DNA of 64,000 bases from an uncultured Actinomycetes bacterium (GCA_963725125.1 CAVRXW010000035.1:3567-67566); one strand, 5' to 3'; positions 17,902 to 27,117 are shown, counted from the stretch's first letter. Translations and numbers: made by a program. Notes: generated by a model from the letters alone, not told the origin.

Positions 17902-19203
17902 ATGACCACAATCACCGACAATCCGCCGGGCGTGCTGGCCGCAGACACGCTCCCGGCTCCCGGCGCCCGGCCTGCCCAGAACTCCCGGCGGACCCGGAAT
18001 TCTGGCCGGCCCCGGGCCACCCAGCCCGGGAACACTCATGCCGCCCCGGACGCCTCGTCTGCCCAGGACACCGCGACGGTCCCGGTTTCGGGCCTCCTCG
18101 ACATCACCGACGGGAAGGCCTTCATCCGCAGCGAGGGCTACCAGCGCGGGCCGTCCGACACCTCCGTCTCGCTCACCCAGGTCCGGCAATACGGGCTGCG
18201 CCGGGGCGACCAGGTCACCGGCGCCGCGCGGCCAGCCCCGCCGGGCAAGGCACGCGAGCGGCACGCGACGCTGACCCAGGTCGACCTGGTCAACGGACTC
18301 GATCCGCGGCAGGCCGCTCAGCGCCCCCACTTCGCGGAACTGACGCCGCTGCACCCGGAGCAACGGCTCCGCCTGGAAACACCCGCCGGTTCACCGACAG
18401 CGCGGATCATCGACCTGATCACCCCGATCGGCAAGGGCCAGCGCGGGCTTATCGTGGCCCCGCCGAAGGCCGGCAAGACCATGGTGCTGCAGGCGATCGC
18501 CGCTGCGGTGGCCGCCAACTACCCCGAGGTGCACCTGATGGTGATACTCATCGGCGAACGCCCGGAGGAGGTCACCGAACTGCGCCGGTCGGTGCACGGT
18601 GAGGTGATCTCCGCGACCTTCGACCAGGCCGCCGAAGAACACATCGCGGTCGCGGAACTGGCCATCGAGCGGGCCAAGCGACTGGTCGAGCTGGGCCGCG
18701 ACGTGGTGGTGCTGCTGGACTCGATCACCCGGCTCGGCCGTGCCTACAACCTGGCCGCCCCGGCCAGCAGCCGCATCCTGGCCGGCGGCGTGGCGGTAAG
18801 TGCGCTATACCCGCCGCGCAAGTTCCTCGGTGCTGGCCGCAACACCGAGGATGGCGGCTCACTGACCCTGCTGTGCACCGCCCTGGTGGACACCGGGTCG
18901 CGGATGGACGAGGTGTTCTTCGAGGAGTTCAAGGGCACCGGCAACATGGAACTGCGGCTGCGCCGCGACCTCGCCGGCAAGCGCGTCTTCCCCGCGATCG
19001 ACGTACTGTCCTCCAGCACCCGCCGCGAAGACCTGCTGCTGGCTCCCGGTGACAGAGCAGCCACCGGCACCCTGCGCCGGGTCCTCGCCGAGCTCGGCCC
19101 GCAGCAAGCCGTCGAGCTGCTGCTCGACAAATCCCGCGACACCACCTCGAACGCCGAGTTCCTGCAGCAAATCCAGCGCAGCGCCCAGCCACTGGCCAGC
19201 TGA
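17902..19203 (+). CDS. rho: transcription termination factor Rho paralogue (short, no Rho_N helix bundle)
   Basis: OB/RNA-binding part GLLDITDGKAFIRSEGY..VSLTQVRQYGLRRGDQVTG, Walker A APPKAGKT, Walker B VVVLLDSITRLGRAYN, and EEFKGTGNMELRLRRDLAGKRVFPAID. GAAAGGAA RBS before the ATG at 17902. Confidence 0.85.
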   Translation: MTTITDNPPGVLAADTLPAPGARPAQNSRRTRNSGRPRATQPGNTHAAPDASSAQDTATVPVSGLLDITDGKAFIRSEGYQRGPSDTSVSLTQVRQYGLRRGDQVTGAARPAPPGKARERHATLTQVDLVNGLDPRQAAQRPHFAELTPLHPEQRLRLETPAGSPTARIIDLITPIGKGQRGLIVAPPKAGKTMVLQAIAAAVAANYPEVHLMVILIGERPEEVTELRRSVHGEVISATFDQAAEEHIAVAELAIERAKRLVELGRDVVVLLDSITRLGRAYNLAAPASSRILAGGVAVSALYPPRKFLGAGRNTEDGGSLTLLCTALVDTGSRMDEVFFEEFKGTGNMELRLRRDLAGKRVFPAIDVLSSSTRREDLLLAPGDRAATGTLRRVLAELGPQQAVELLLDKSRDTTSNAEFLQQIQRSAQPLAS

Positions 19204-19585
19204 CCCGCTGGCCGGCGCCCAGACGTCACCCGGGCCGTCGCCCAGACCAGCGCGTATCCCCGACGGCCGTCCTGGCTCAGTCTCACGAGCCACGCCCTGT
19301 CACCGGACTCACCGACAGCTCGCACCCGGATCGTCGATCAGGCGCGGTCGTGCCCTGGCTCGAGGAGCCTGCCGTTCTTCGACAGGTCCGCGTCGGTGCA
19401 TGCGGAGAGGTTGAACCAGCAAGGCCGTCTCTACTTTCACGGGTATTTGTTTGCGTGACACTGGCGCTTTTCTACTCGGTCTACCCGATGATTCATGAAT
19501 GGTGGGGGATGGCTGGCTGTGGTTTCCCTCTTGGTCGGCGGTATCGGTCCGTCCATCTGGACTCTTTATCTGTTCGGCCCTTGGG

Positions 19586-19957
19586 CTAAGGAGAAGGCGT
19601 AGCCGTCGTCTTGCGGCCTAGAATCCCGCGGTCGGCGGCAGCGGTCGGCTGGGCGCCGGCATTCTCCTGTGACCTGGCAATGATTCGCTGAAGGGCCGCC
19701 ACGTGCTGGTCGAATGCCTGGCGGCCTTCTTGGCTGAGGCTGGCTGAGGTGCGCGGGCGCTTGCCCACGAATCCTTTGCGGATCTCGACGTAGCCGACCG
19801 ACTCAAGGGTGGACAGCTGTTTGGAGAGCGCCGAGTCGGACAGGCCGAGTTCGTCGCGGATGTACTTGAAGTCGGCCCATTGCGCCGCCGCGAGCAGCGA
19901 GACGATCGCCAGCCGCGTCGGCGCGTGAATCAGCTCATCGAACCGAGCCGTGCTCAT
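19586..19957 (-). CDS. winged-helix transcriptional regulator (MarR/ArsR-like small family)
   Basis: FDELIHAPTRLAIVSLLAAAQWADFKYIRDELGLSDSALSKQLSTLESVGYVEIRK. Confidence 0.8.
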   Translation of the reverse strand: MSTARFDELIHAPTRLAIVSLLAAAQWADFKYIRDELGLSDSALSKQLSTLESVGYVEIRKGFVGKRPRTSASLSQEGRQAFDQHVAALQRIIARSQENAGAQPTAAADRGILGRKTTATPSP

Positions 19958-20493
19958 TGGGGTGCCGCCTCCGGGCTCCGCGCGTCGTTCTTTTGCTGCC
20001 GGGCCTTGCCCAGCATGAGCCTGCGCAGGTACCGGTTCACCAGCGGCCCGGCGATCACGAGCACGGCAGCTCCGGCGGCGGACGCGATGGTAACGGGGTA
20101 GGGGACGCGGGCCGCGCTCAGGCTGGCCGCGAGGCTGATGATCACCCCGTCGACCAGCACTATCATGCCCAATACCGCGGCGACGCCGCGGGCATCGGGC
20201 CGGATGGCGCCGGACACCCGGACGCGGCGGCGCACCTCAGGGATCATCGCGCCGGTCAGCACCACCATGACGAGCACAGCGAGCGGAATCGCGACGGCCT
20301 GCAGGAGCAGATCCCCGCTGTCCCTGGCGGCGCCGATAGCCACGATCCCGGCCGCCATCGCCCACCAGTACCAGAGGGGGACGAGCACGGCCTTGATGAT
20401 CTGTCCCTGCCGCCGCTGGATCTCGGCCAGCTCGGCTGCCGCCTGGTCGCCGGTCATCCCGGTTCCTGTCGGCTGGGGCTGCGTGCCGCCCAT
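19954..20493 (-). CDS. membrane protein (4 TM) co-transcribed with the wHTH regulator
   Basis: The start is at the ATG 20493 (MGGTQPQP..). There are four hydrophobic helices. The stop overlaps the regulator start (ATGA). Confidence 0.65.
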   Translation of the reverse strand: MGGTQPQPTGTGMTGDQAAAELAEIQRRQGQIIKAVLVPLWYWWAMAAGIVAIGAARDSGDLLLQAVAIPLAVLVMVVLTGAMIPEVRRRVRVSGAIRPDARGVAAVLGMIVLVDGVIISLAASLSAARVPYPVTIASAAGAAVLVIAGPLVNRYLRRLMLGKARQQKNDARSPEAAPQ

Positions 20494-20510
20494 GGCCGTC
20501 TCCCAACTGA

Positions 20511-20568
20511 GAAAGTACTTGCCTACATGGAAAGTAGCATGGAACTTTCCAGTTAGGCAAGTACTTTC
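20511..20568. promoter_or_regulatory. nested inverted repeats (four GAAAGT half-sites), likely operator
   Basis: Outer arms GAAAGTACTTGCCTA (20511-20525) and TAGGCAAGTACTTTC (20554-20568). Inner arms GGAAAGT (20529-35) and ACTTTCC (20544-50). The site lies 18-75 nt upstream of the operon start codon. Confidence 0.5.
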
Positions 20569-21072
20569 CAGATGCGTCCGCTGACGCGCGGAGCCTGAAG
20601 ACAGCGTCGGCTCACACCGCGGTTGCGGCGGCTGGCGCTGCGCGCCCTGAGGCTGCGAGTGGCGAGCCAGGCGAGGTCGGGGTAGATCGCGATCTCGACG
20701 ATCGCGGCGGTGTCCCGGCAAGGCCTGAACTTCGACTTCACTGGCGTTGTCTTCGACGGCGGCGGCTTCGGTAGCGCCGACAGGCTTGGGCTATGGCTGA
20801 GGCCGGGCAAGAGCCCCCGCGCGCAGGCGACGCACGTGCGAAAAGACGGAGGGCTGGCTTTGCAAATAGTGGGTTGTCTCGCGCCTGCCGGGACATTCGA
20901 TCCTTGTTGACACGCTGCACCGCGGGCTCAACACTGGGTCGGGGTGGGCTTGCCTTGAAAATTCGCGTCAATGCGTAGCTGGCAGATAACCGAGAGTGGA
21001 AGGCGTGGGGCACCGGCCGGCTTATGGGCTCGCCAAATCAAATTAGAGAAACGATCCGGCGATGGAGGGTTT

Positions 21073-22083
21073 ATGTCACGTCAAGGCCATTTCCGCAGGA
21101 GCGTCCTGCGGCGTGTAAGTGCGGCGGCAGGTGTGCTTGGGCTGGGGGCCGCCCTGCTCGGCGGCACCGTCGTCCTGGCCGCCGCGCCTGCGTCGGCTAT
21201 TCCGATCCCGCCGTCGACGTCAAGCTGCACGTACAACGGCAGCCCGGTAGGGTTCGCGGCCAGCAACACAGGGGGGACGCCGGTCACCGTCAACTGCACC
21301 GGCCTGCCGGACAGCACCCTGCTGATCGTCGCCCAGACCAGTCCACTGGCCGGGGTGATAAGCCCGTCGTCGGCCGCGACGCGCGAGGCGGATCTCTCCA
21401 CGGGCATGGCCGTCACGACGAGTCCCACCGGTACCCTGAGCGCCACCATCACGGTAACGGCGACCGGGGGATCACCCGCCTTTTCGGCCCTGGACCCGAA
21501 TGCGGTTTGCCCGCCCACCCAGGCTCAGGTGAACGCCGGTCTGACCAACTGCGTGGTGACCGTGGCCGATCTGGCCACCACGACCGGGCTGAACTTCGGC
21601 AACGTCATCTATGGCACCCAGCCAATGCCGAACCAGCCGACCCTGGGAGTCCACCCCGGCAGCATCGGCCAGGGCGGCGGGACGCTGAACGCCAGCGACA
21701 AGGTCGGCGCCTGCCCGACGCCGGTCAAGGCCACGAGCCACTGCTGGTGGGGGGCGGCCCTCACCGGGGCTCCCAACGCGGCCGCCGGTGTTCCCGGCTT
21801 CATCGTGACCATCAACGGCAAGCCAGTCGTCAATGCGCTGGCGGCCAGCCCAGCCGTTTACTGCTTTACGGGGGCCACTGCCGCGGCCTGTAGCGGGCGT
21901 CCCGCAGGCACCGTGGTCCCGCCGCACCTGAGCGGGACCATAACCGTCCCCCGCCTGGCCAAGGCGGGCGTCCACTATGTGCAAGCCCTCGAACCCAACA
22001 CCACGACTGACCCGGGCAACGGCCCGAGCAATACGCTCGAAGCCAGGGCGTTCTTGTGCGTCACGGCCGCGAACAGCTGCTGA
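21073..22083 (+). CDS. secreted Cys-containing hypothetical protein
   Basis: GGAGGG RBS and signal peptide MSRQGHFRRSVLRRVSAAAGVLGLGAALLGGTVVLAAAPASA. The mature protein is Thr/Gly/Pro-rich with 10 Cys. Confidence 0.7.
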   Translation: MSRQGHFRRSVLRRVSAAAGVLGLGAALLGGTVVLAAAPASAIPIPPSTSSCTYNGSPVGFAASNTGGTPVTVNCTGLPDSTLLIVAQTSPLAGVISPSSAATREADLSTGMAVTTSPTGTLSATITVTATGGSPAFSALDPNAVCPPTQAQVNAGLTNCVVTVADLATTTGLNFGNVIYGTQPMPNQPTLGVHPGSIGQGGGTLNASDKVGACPTPVKATSHCWWGAALTGAPNAAAGVPGFIVTINGKPVVNALAASPAVYCFTGATAAACSGRPAGTVVPPHLSGTITVPRLAKAGVHYVQALEPNTTTDPGNGPSNTLEARAFLCVTAANSC

Positions 22084-22127
22084 ATCGCGCCGAGAGAGCG
22101 GCCAGTAACAGACCCACATGAATGGCG

Positions 22128-22159
22128 GCCCGGGCAGGCAGTCAGCTGCCCGCCCGGGC
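22128..22159. terminator. GC-rich hairpin between convergent genes
   Basis: GCCCGGGC-A-GGCAG tcag CTGCC-C-GCCCGGGC, a 13-bp stem with one mismatch. There is no U-tract. Confidence 0.35.
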
Positions 22160-22236
22160 TGCCCGCCTAGGCGGAACTGTGCCACGGCGCAAAGCCCGGG
22201 ACAGCCTGACGGCGGAGGCCCGGCCTGCTGCGAAAC

Positions 22237-23085
22237 TCAGCCGTCCAGGACCGTGCGCAGGACGGTGGCGAAAGCGCCGGGGTCGCTGCGGAAGCCGTCG
22301 TGACCGCCGGGGAAGGTGACCTGCGTGGTGCCGAGCCGCTCGGCCACGGCCACGGCGGCACGGCCGGCCAGCATCTGGCCGGACTGGGTTCCGACGCCGA
22401 GCAGGATGCGGGTGGTCGCCGCGCGGAGCGCGCCGAAGTCGTGCTGGTAGCCGACGCAGGCCGTCATGTGCAGGCCGAGCAGCGGATCGTCGCGGGAACC
22501 GTCGTCGCGGGCGGGCAACCCGAAAGCGGCGGGATCGGGAGCGGGCTGCCCCGGGAAGCCCGGCGGGATCGGGCCGGCATGGCTGACCAGCGCGATGAAC
22601 GTGGCCATCGCCGGGCCGAAGCCACTGCGCTGGTAGGTCTCGCGGATGTCGGCGCACGTGGCCAGCACGGGCTCACGGTCCGGCAGCACCTGGGCGGCGG
22701 GTGGCTCGTGCGCCACCAGGGTGCGGATCAGCCGGGGATGACTGGCCACCAGGGCCAGCGCGTTGACCGCGCCGCCGCTGCTGCCGAAGACGTCGGCCGG
22801 CCCGGCGCCCAGCGCCTGGATCAGTCGGCGCAGGTCCTCGGCGTGCTCACCGGGCACCGACCCTGGCGGCTGGCCGTCGGTGCGCTGGCTGCGCTCGGTC
22901 CCGCGGGGATCGTAGGTCACCACCCTGCGGTCGGTGAGCTGGTCAGCCAAGGCGGCGAAGCCGGAGGCTCCCATCGGCGACCCGATGAGCAGCAGGACCG
23001 GATGCTCCGCGCCGCCGTTGTCCCGCACGTCGTAGTGCAGCACCGCGCCCGGTGCCTCCAGCGTGTACGTCTTCGGCTCGCTCAT
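22237..23085 (-). CDS. alpha/beta hydrolase
   Basis: Nucleophile elbow VFGSSGGAVNAL, length 282 aa. The start is at the ATG 23085 inside the longer ORF. Confidence 0.85.
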   Translation of the reverse strand: MSEPKTYTLEAPGAVLHYDVRDNGGAEHPVLLLIGSPMGASGFAALADQLTDRRVVTYDPRGTERSQRTDGQPPGSVPGEHAEDLRRLIQALGAGPADVFGSSGGAVNALALVASHPRLIRTLVAHEPPAAQVLPDREPVLATCADIRETYQRSGFGPAMATFIALVSHAGPIPPGFPGQPAPDPAAFGLPARDDGSRDDPLLGLHMTACVGYQHDFGALRAATTRILLGVGTQSGQMLAGRAAVAVAERLGTTQVTFPGGHDGFRSDPGAFATVLRTVLDG

Positions 23086-23284
23086 GGTGGCGGACCCCTT
23101 TTCAGGCTGATCGTTGCCTGCCCGTGCGGACCGGCGCGGGCAGGCAACCTCATCGCTCTCCCGGTCCTGATGTTCCCCGCTAAACGCTACGCCGGACCCC
23201 TGACAGTGCCCGCACCGTCGGCCGTGATCGGTGGACGGCGCCGACGTTAGTGCGCAACTCAGGGGCGGCGGTGTGGCCGGCGGG

Positions 23285-23324
23285 TTCGCGAGGGCCGCAG
23301 GAACTTCGCGAGGGCCGCAGGAAT
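23285..23324. repeat. 20-bp tandem direct repeat in a divergent promoter region
   Basis: TTCGCGAGGGCCGCAGGAAC followed by TTCGCGAGGGCCGCAGGAAT, 43 nt upstream of the methyltransferase ATG. Confidence 0.9.
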
Positions 23325-23366
23325 GCTGTTGACTCTGCCCCCGGGGCAACCTCGATTGTTGCGGGC

Positions 23367-24113
23367 ATGGAAACAGAATCGGAACAGGGTCCCGATAGCG
23401 GCAATCGTGCCGCAGGCAGTGAGACGGAGCATCAGGGTGGCGGCACGAGACCGGCTGACGGTGCGGGAGCCGACCGTCTGCTCGCCGAGCAGATCGCCTA
23501 CTACCGGGCTCTGGCCGCGGATTATCTCGACCAGGGCCTGGATCTTCCCGGCGGCGATGAATTGACCGAAGCGCTCGATGCATTCCAGCCGGCCGGCAGC
23601 GTGCTGGAGCTTGCCTGCGGTCCTGGCGTGTGGACCGGCCCACTGCTCCGCCACGCGACGGATGTCACCGCGGTGGACGCGTCCCCGGAGATGCTCGCCA
23701 TCGCGGCAGCCCGAATCGGCAGCGAGCGGGTGCGCTTCGTTCAGGCTGACATTTTCGCCTGGAAGCCCGGTCGTCGCTACGACGTGGTTTTCATGGGCTT
23801 TTGGCTCTCACATGTCCCGGCCGGGCGCTTTGAGTCCTTCTGGTCACTCGTGGCCGAATGCCTCGGGCCAGCGGGCCGGGTGTTCTTCGCGGACGATGCG
23901 TACCGCACCCCGGACGAACTGGTAGAAGGCCCATCGTCCTCGACCATCCTGCGGCAGGTCCCTGACGGAACGGCCTACCGGCTCGTGAAAATGCCCCACC
24001 GGCCGGCGGACCTCGAAAGACAACTCCGGCAACTCGGCTGGGACATCAAGGTCACCTCGACGGCAGGGCCCTTCTACTGGGGGGCAGGGCGCCGGGCCAA
24101 CCGCCCGGCATGA
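23367..24113 (+). CDS. class I SAM-dependent methyltransferase
   Basis: VLELACGPGVWT, VTAVDASPEML and RVFFAD. Confidence 0.85.
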   Translation: METESEQGPDSGNRAAGSETEHQGGGTRPADGAGADRLLAEQIAYYRALAADYLDQGLDLPGGDELTEALDAFQPAGSVLELACGPGVWTGPLLRHATDVTAVDASPEMLAIAAARIGSERVRFVQADIFAWKPGRRYDVVFMGFWLSHVPAGRFESFWSLVAECLGPAGRVFFADDAYRTPDELVEGPSSSTILRQVPDGTAYRLVKMPHRPADLERQLRQLGWDIKVTSTAGPFYWGAGRRANRPA

Positions 24114-24139
24114 GGAACGGGCCAGGACGGCCAGCCGCG

Positions 24140-24448
24140 TCAGCCGGCGCAGCGCTGCAGTTGCCACGCTGCTTCGAGGGCGTCCTCGATGGCACCGGCA
24201 TCGCCTGCCGCGAGGTCTGCGACGATCATCATGTGCTTGCGGTACCGGGCCGGGACGCTGAAGGTTCCGGGAAACTGCCGCAGCACGGAGTCGCGGTAGC
24301 TGAAATCGGCGCGGATCACCAGATGCGCGTCGTCAAGCTGGCGCGCGACGAGCCTGCCGTGGTACCGCCACTCGGCCAGGCCATCCCGCGCGGTGCGGCG
24401 TACCCCCTGCAGGTCCTCGGCGAGCCGGTCCACCCTGTCGATCTCCAC
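24140..24448 (-). CDS. small protein, MmcQ/YjbR-like (tentative)
   Basis: 102 aa. The pattern W-x-YHGRLVAR...PGTFSVPARYRKHMMIVADL is reminiscent of the YjbR family. Not verified. Confidence 0.45.
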   Translation of the reverse strand: MEIDRVDRLAEDLQGVRRTARDGLAEWRYHGRLVARQLDDAHLVIRADFSYRDSVLRQFPGTFSVPARYRKHMMIVADLAAGDAGAIEDALEAAWQLQRCAG

Positions 24449-24603
24449 ATACCCGGGCTTCCCCGCTCCGTCTGGTCATATGCACGGCCGGCCGGATGGC
24501 TCGCAGCCGGCTTCGCCGTGGCTGAGCGTCCGGTCACTTGACCGCTCGTACACTGCCTGCTAACTTTTCTTTGCAGGTGCCAAAAAGTGTTACGGAGTAG
24601 GGC

Positions 24604-24930
24604 ATGACCGGCGACGAACTCCTGCGCGTTCTGGGAACCCTGGCCAATGCGCATCGACTGCGGGTCGTTGCCGCCCTGGCCCAAGAGCGCAACTACGTGA
24701 GCCAACTGGCTCGCGAACTGGGCATCAGCCGCGCCCTGTTGCAGGTTCACCTGCGGAAGCTGGAGGCCGCCGGGCTGGTATCGGCTGGCATCGAAGTATC
24801 GGAGGACGGCAAGGCGATGAAGTTCTACGAGGTAACGCCCTTCGCGCTGCGGCTGACGCCTGAGGCGATCATGGTGGCAGCGCGGACACTAAGCCCGGAA
24901 AACGATCTTGCGGTGGGAGCGCGGCAATGA
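24604..24930 (+). CDS. ArsR-family HTH regulator
   Basis: LANAHRLRVVAALAQERNYVSQLARELGISRALLQVHLRKLEAAGLV. Confidence 0.85.
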   Translation: MTGDELLRVLGTLANAHRLRVVAALAQERNYVSQLARELGISRALLQVHLRKLEAAGLVSAGIEVSEDGKAMKFYEVTPFALRLTPEAIMVAARTLSPENDLAVGARQ

Positions 24931-25211
24931 AGCCGAGTGACTACGTGGAGCTGCTCATTCCATTGATGATCGCGGTCGTGATCTCGGTCTGGGTGGCGAC
25001 CCGCTACCTCGGCACATCAAGGCAGGCCAGAGCTCAGCTGACCAGCGGTGCGGATTACCGGGCGCTGGCCGAGGAGTACCAGCGGCTCAGCGATCTGGCG
25101 ATCACCGCGCAGGAACACACCGATCTCAGGCTCACCGATATCAGCGTGCGGCTGGATGAGCTTCGCGACCGGCTGGAGCGGATGCAGCGCATCCTCAACG
25201 AGGTCGAGTAA
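24927..25211 (+). CDS. small single-TM protein with coiled-coil tail
   Basis: ATGA overlap with the ArsR gene. TM segment LLIPLMIAVVISVWVA, followed by a heptad-like tail. Confidence 0.55.
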   Translation: MKPSDYVELLIPLMIAVVISVWVATRYLGTSRQARAQLTSGADYRALAEEYQRLSDLAITAQEHTDLRLTDISVRLDELRDRLERMQRILNEVE

Positions 25212-25255
25212 GCCAGCCGGCTGAAAGACACGGCGGGGAACAGCGCGGCTGCATC

Positions 25256-25504
25256 CTACGAGGGGGCGCTTCCCGGCGGGTCACGGTCATTCGCAGCCGC
25301 GCCGGGGTGCTCGGTGCCCCGGGGGCGGCCGGGCACGGAACGGCCCAGCCGCCTCATCGCCCCGGTAGGAATGACCAGGAAGACGACGGCGACCACGGTG
25401 TACCCGGCGAAGCTGATCCATTGACGCTGGTACGCAGCCTGGGCGGCAAGCGCGATCCAGAGCAGCAAGAGCAGGCCATAGACCAGCACGACGGGCGAGG
25501 TCAT
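25256..25504 (-). CDS. small two-TM membrane protein (hypothetical)
   Basis: MTSPVVLVYGLLLLLWIALAA...YTVVAVVFLVIPTG. Weak evidence with no recognisable family. Confidence 0.35.
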   Translation of the reverse strand: MTSPVVLVYGLLLLLWIALAAQAAYQRQWISFAGYTVVAVVFLVIPTGAMRRLGRSVPGRPRGTEHPGAAANDRDPPGSAPS

Positions 25505-25640
25505 GCCCGCTGGCCGCCTCGGCGGCCGCCGAGGCCGCACCGGCGTGCCGCTCCTGGGACCGGACTCCGGGACCGTCCCTTGGTGATCGGCGCCGGCCAT
25601 GCCAGCAGAGTACGCCCGCCAGCCCCATCCGGTGCCCGGG

Positions 25641-25988
25641 TCAGACCCGCTGGCTGCCCTCAGTGTTCACCACGCAGAAGAGGTTCCCTTCGGTGTCGGC
25701 GAGCACCACGAAGCTGGCTCCCTCGGGATAAGCCCAATCCACGCGCTGTGCCCCGAGCGAGATGAGCCGTTCGACCTCGGCCTGCTGCTCCGGCTCGCTG
25801 GGTACGTGCAAGTCGAGATGGGTGCCGTCGGTCTCGTCCAGCAGAAGCGCTGGGCCCGCACCGGTTTCCGGCACGAGAGCGCCCAGGTAGCCAGCCGCGC
25901 GGGGCACGTAGCCGAGTGCGCCACGCCAGAAGGCCGCCGCCCTGCCGATATCGGTGACGTTCAGCACCACTGATCCGATCTTGGCCAT
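25641..25988 (-). CDS. VOC/glyoxalase-family protein
   Basis: MAKIGSVVLNVTDIGRAAAFW...VLADTEGNLFCVV. Confidence 0.8.
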   Translation of the reverse strand: MAKIGSVVLNVTDIGRAAAFWRGALGYVPRAAGYLGALVPETGAGPALLLDETDGTHLDLHVPSEPEQQAEVERLISLGAQRVDWAYPEGASFVVLADTEGNLFCVVNTEGSQRV

Positions 25989-26111
25989 GGCCCCGAGCAT
26001 CGCAGGCCGGCCGTGGCGGCCCGCGCGCGGAGCCCTCGCTGGCGGGAGGCGCTATCGACCCCGATCGTCAGCACGAACCGGGCGCCGGCCAGGCGGGCGG
26101 CCGTCCGCAGG

Positions 26112-27117
26112 TCAGGTTGCCTCCACGTACCTGACCCGGGGGTCCAGCGCCGCGTAGGCGAGGTCGGCCAGCAGCGACCCGATCACGGTCGCCACCGCGA
26201 CCACCACGGTGAAGCCCAGCAGCACCGGGTAGTCCTGCCGCTCGGCCGACTGGTAGAACAGGTAGCCCATCCCGGGGTAGTTGAACACCGCCTCGGTGAT
26301 CAGCGCGCCGCCGAGGATCGCCGGCAGGGTCAGCCCGAGCAGTGTCGCGATAGTGATCATCGAGTTGCGCTGCCACGTGCCGGATCAGCACCCGCTGTTC
26401 GCTGGCGCCCTTGGCCCGGGCGGTGCGCACGTAGTCCTCGGTGAGGTTGTCCAGCACCGAGGACCGCATGTACCTGCTGAACAGGGCGATGGTGGTCAGC
26501 GACAGGCAGCACACCGGCAGGATCAGCGCGTTGAAGTTCGAGATGACCGCGCCGAAACCCTCGCCCTGCGGGCCCTCCGGGGGAAAGATCGGGATCTCGA
26601 TGGCGAATGCCAGGATCGCGACGATGCCGATCAGGAAGTCCGGTGTGGCGTAGAAGATCGTGCCGGTGGCGTTGAGCACGTGGTCGGTGAGCTTGTTGCG
26701 GCGCACCGCCTGGATCATCCCCCAGGGGATCGCGACGACCAGTGCCAGGAGGGTCGACAGCCCGACCAGCCAGATGGTCTTGGGCAGCCGGTTGGCCAGC
26801 AGTGAGGCAACGCTCTGGTTGAGCGTCCAGGAGAAGCCCAGGTTGCCCCGGAGCAGGTTGCCGAGCCACAGGAAGTACTGCCGGTACCAGGGCAGGTTGA
26901 ACCCGTAGTCGGCGTCGAAGACCTTGATCGCGGCCGGGTCCCGGTAGACACCCGGCCCCATCACCGCGACAGCGACGTTGCCGGGGATCATTCGTAGCAG
27001 CGCGAACGTGATCATCGTCACGATCAGCAGCACCACGATGGACTGAAGCACCCGGCGGATCAGAAACGCTGTCAAACGCTGCCCTTTGCTCCCCGGCGGC
27101 CACCACCTTTCCGTCAT
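26112..27117 (-). pseudogene. frameshifted paralogue of the DppB-like ABC permease
   Basis: About 85% nucleotide identity by eye to 34197-35219 along its whole length. There is one extra base at ~26371-26374 (GCGCTGCCACGTG versus GCGCAGCACGTG). The C-terminus continues in ORF 26112-26360. No partner SBP, permease or ATPase is present. Confidence 0.8.
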
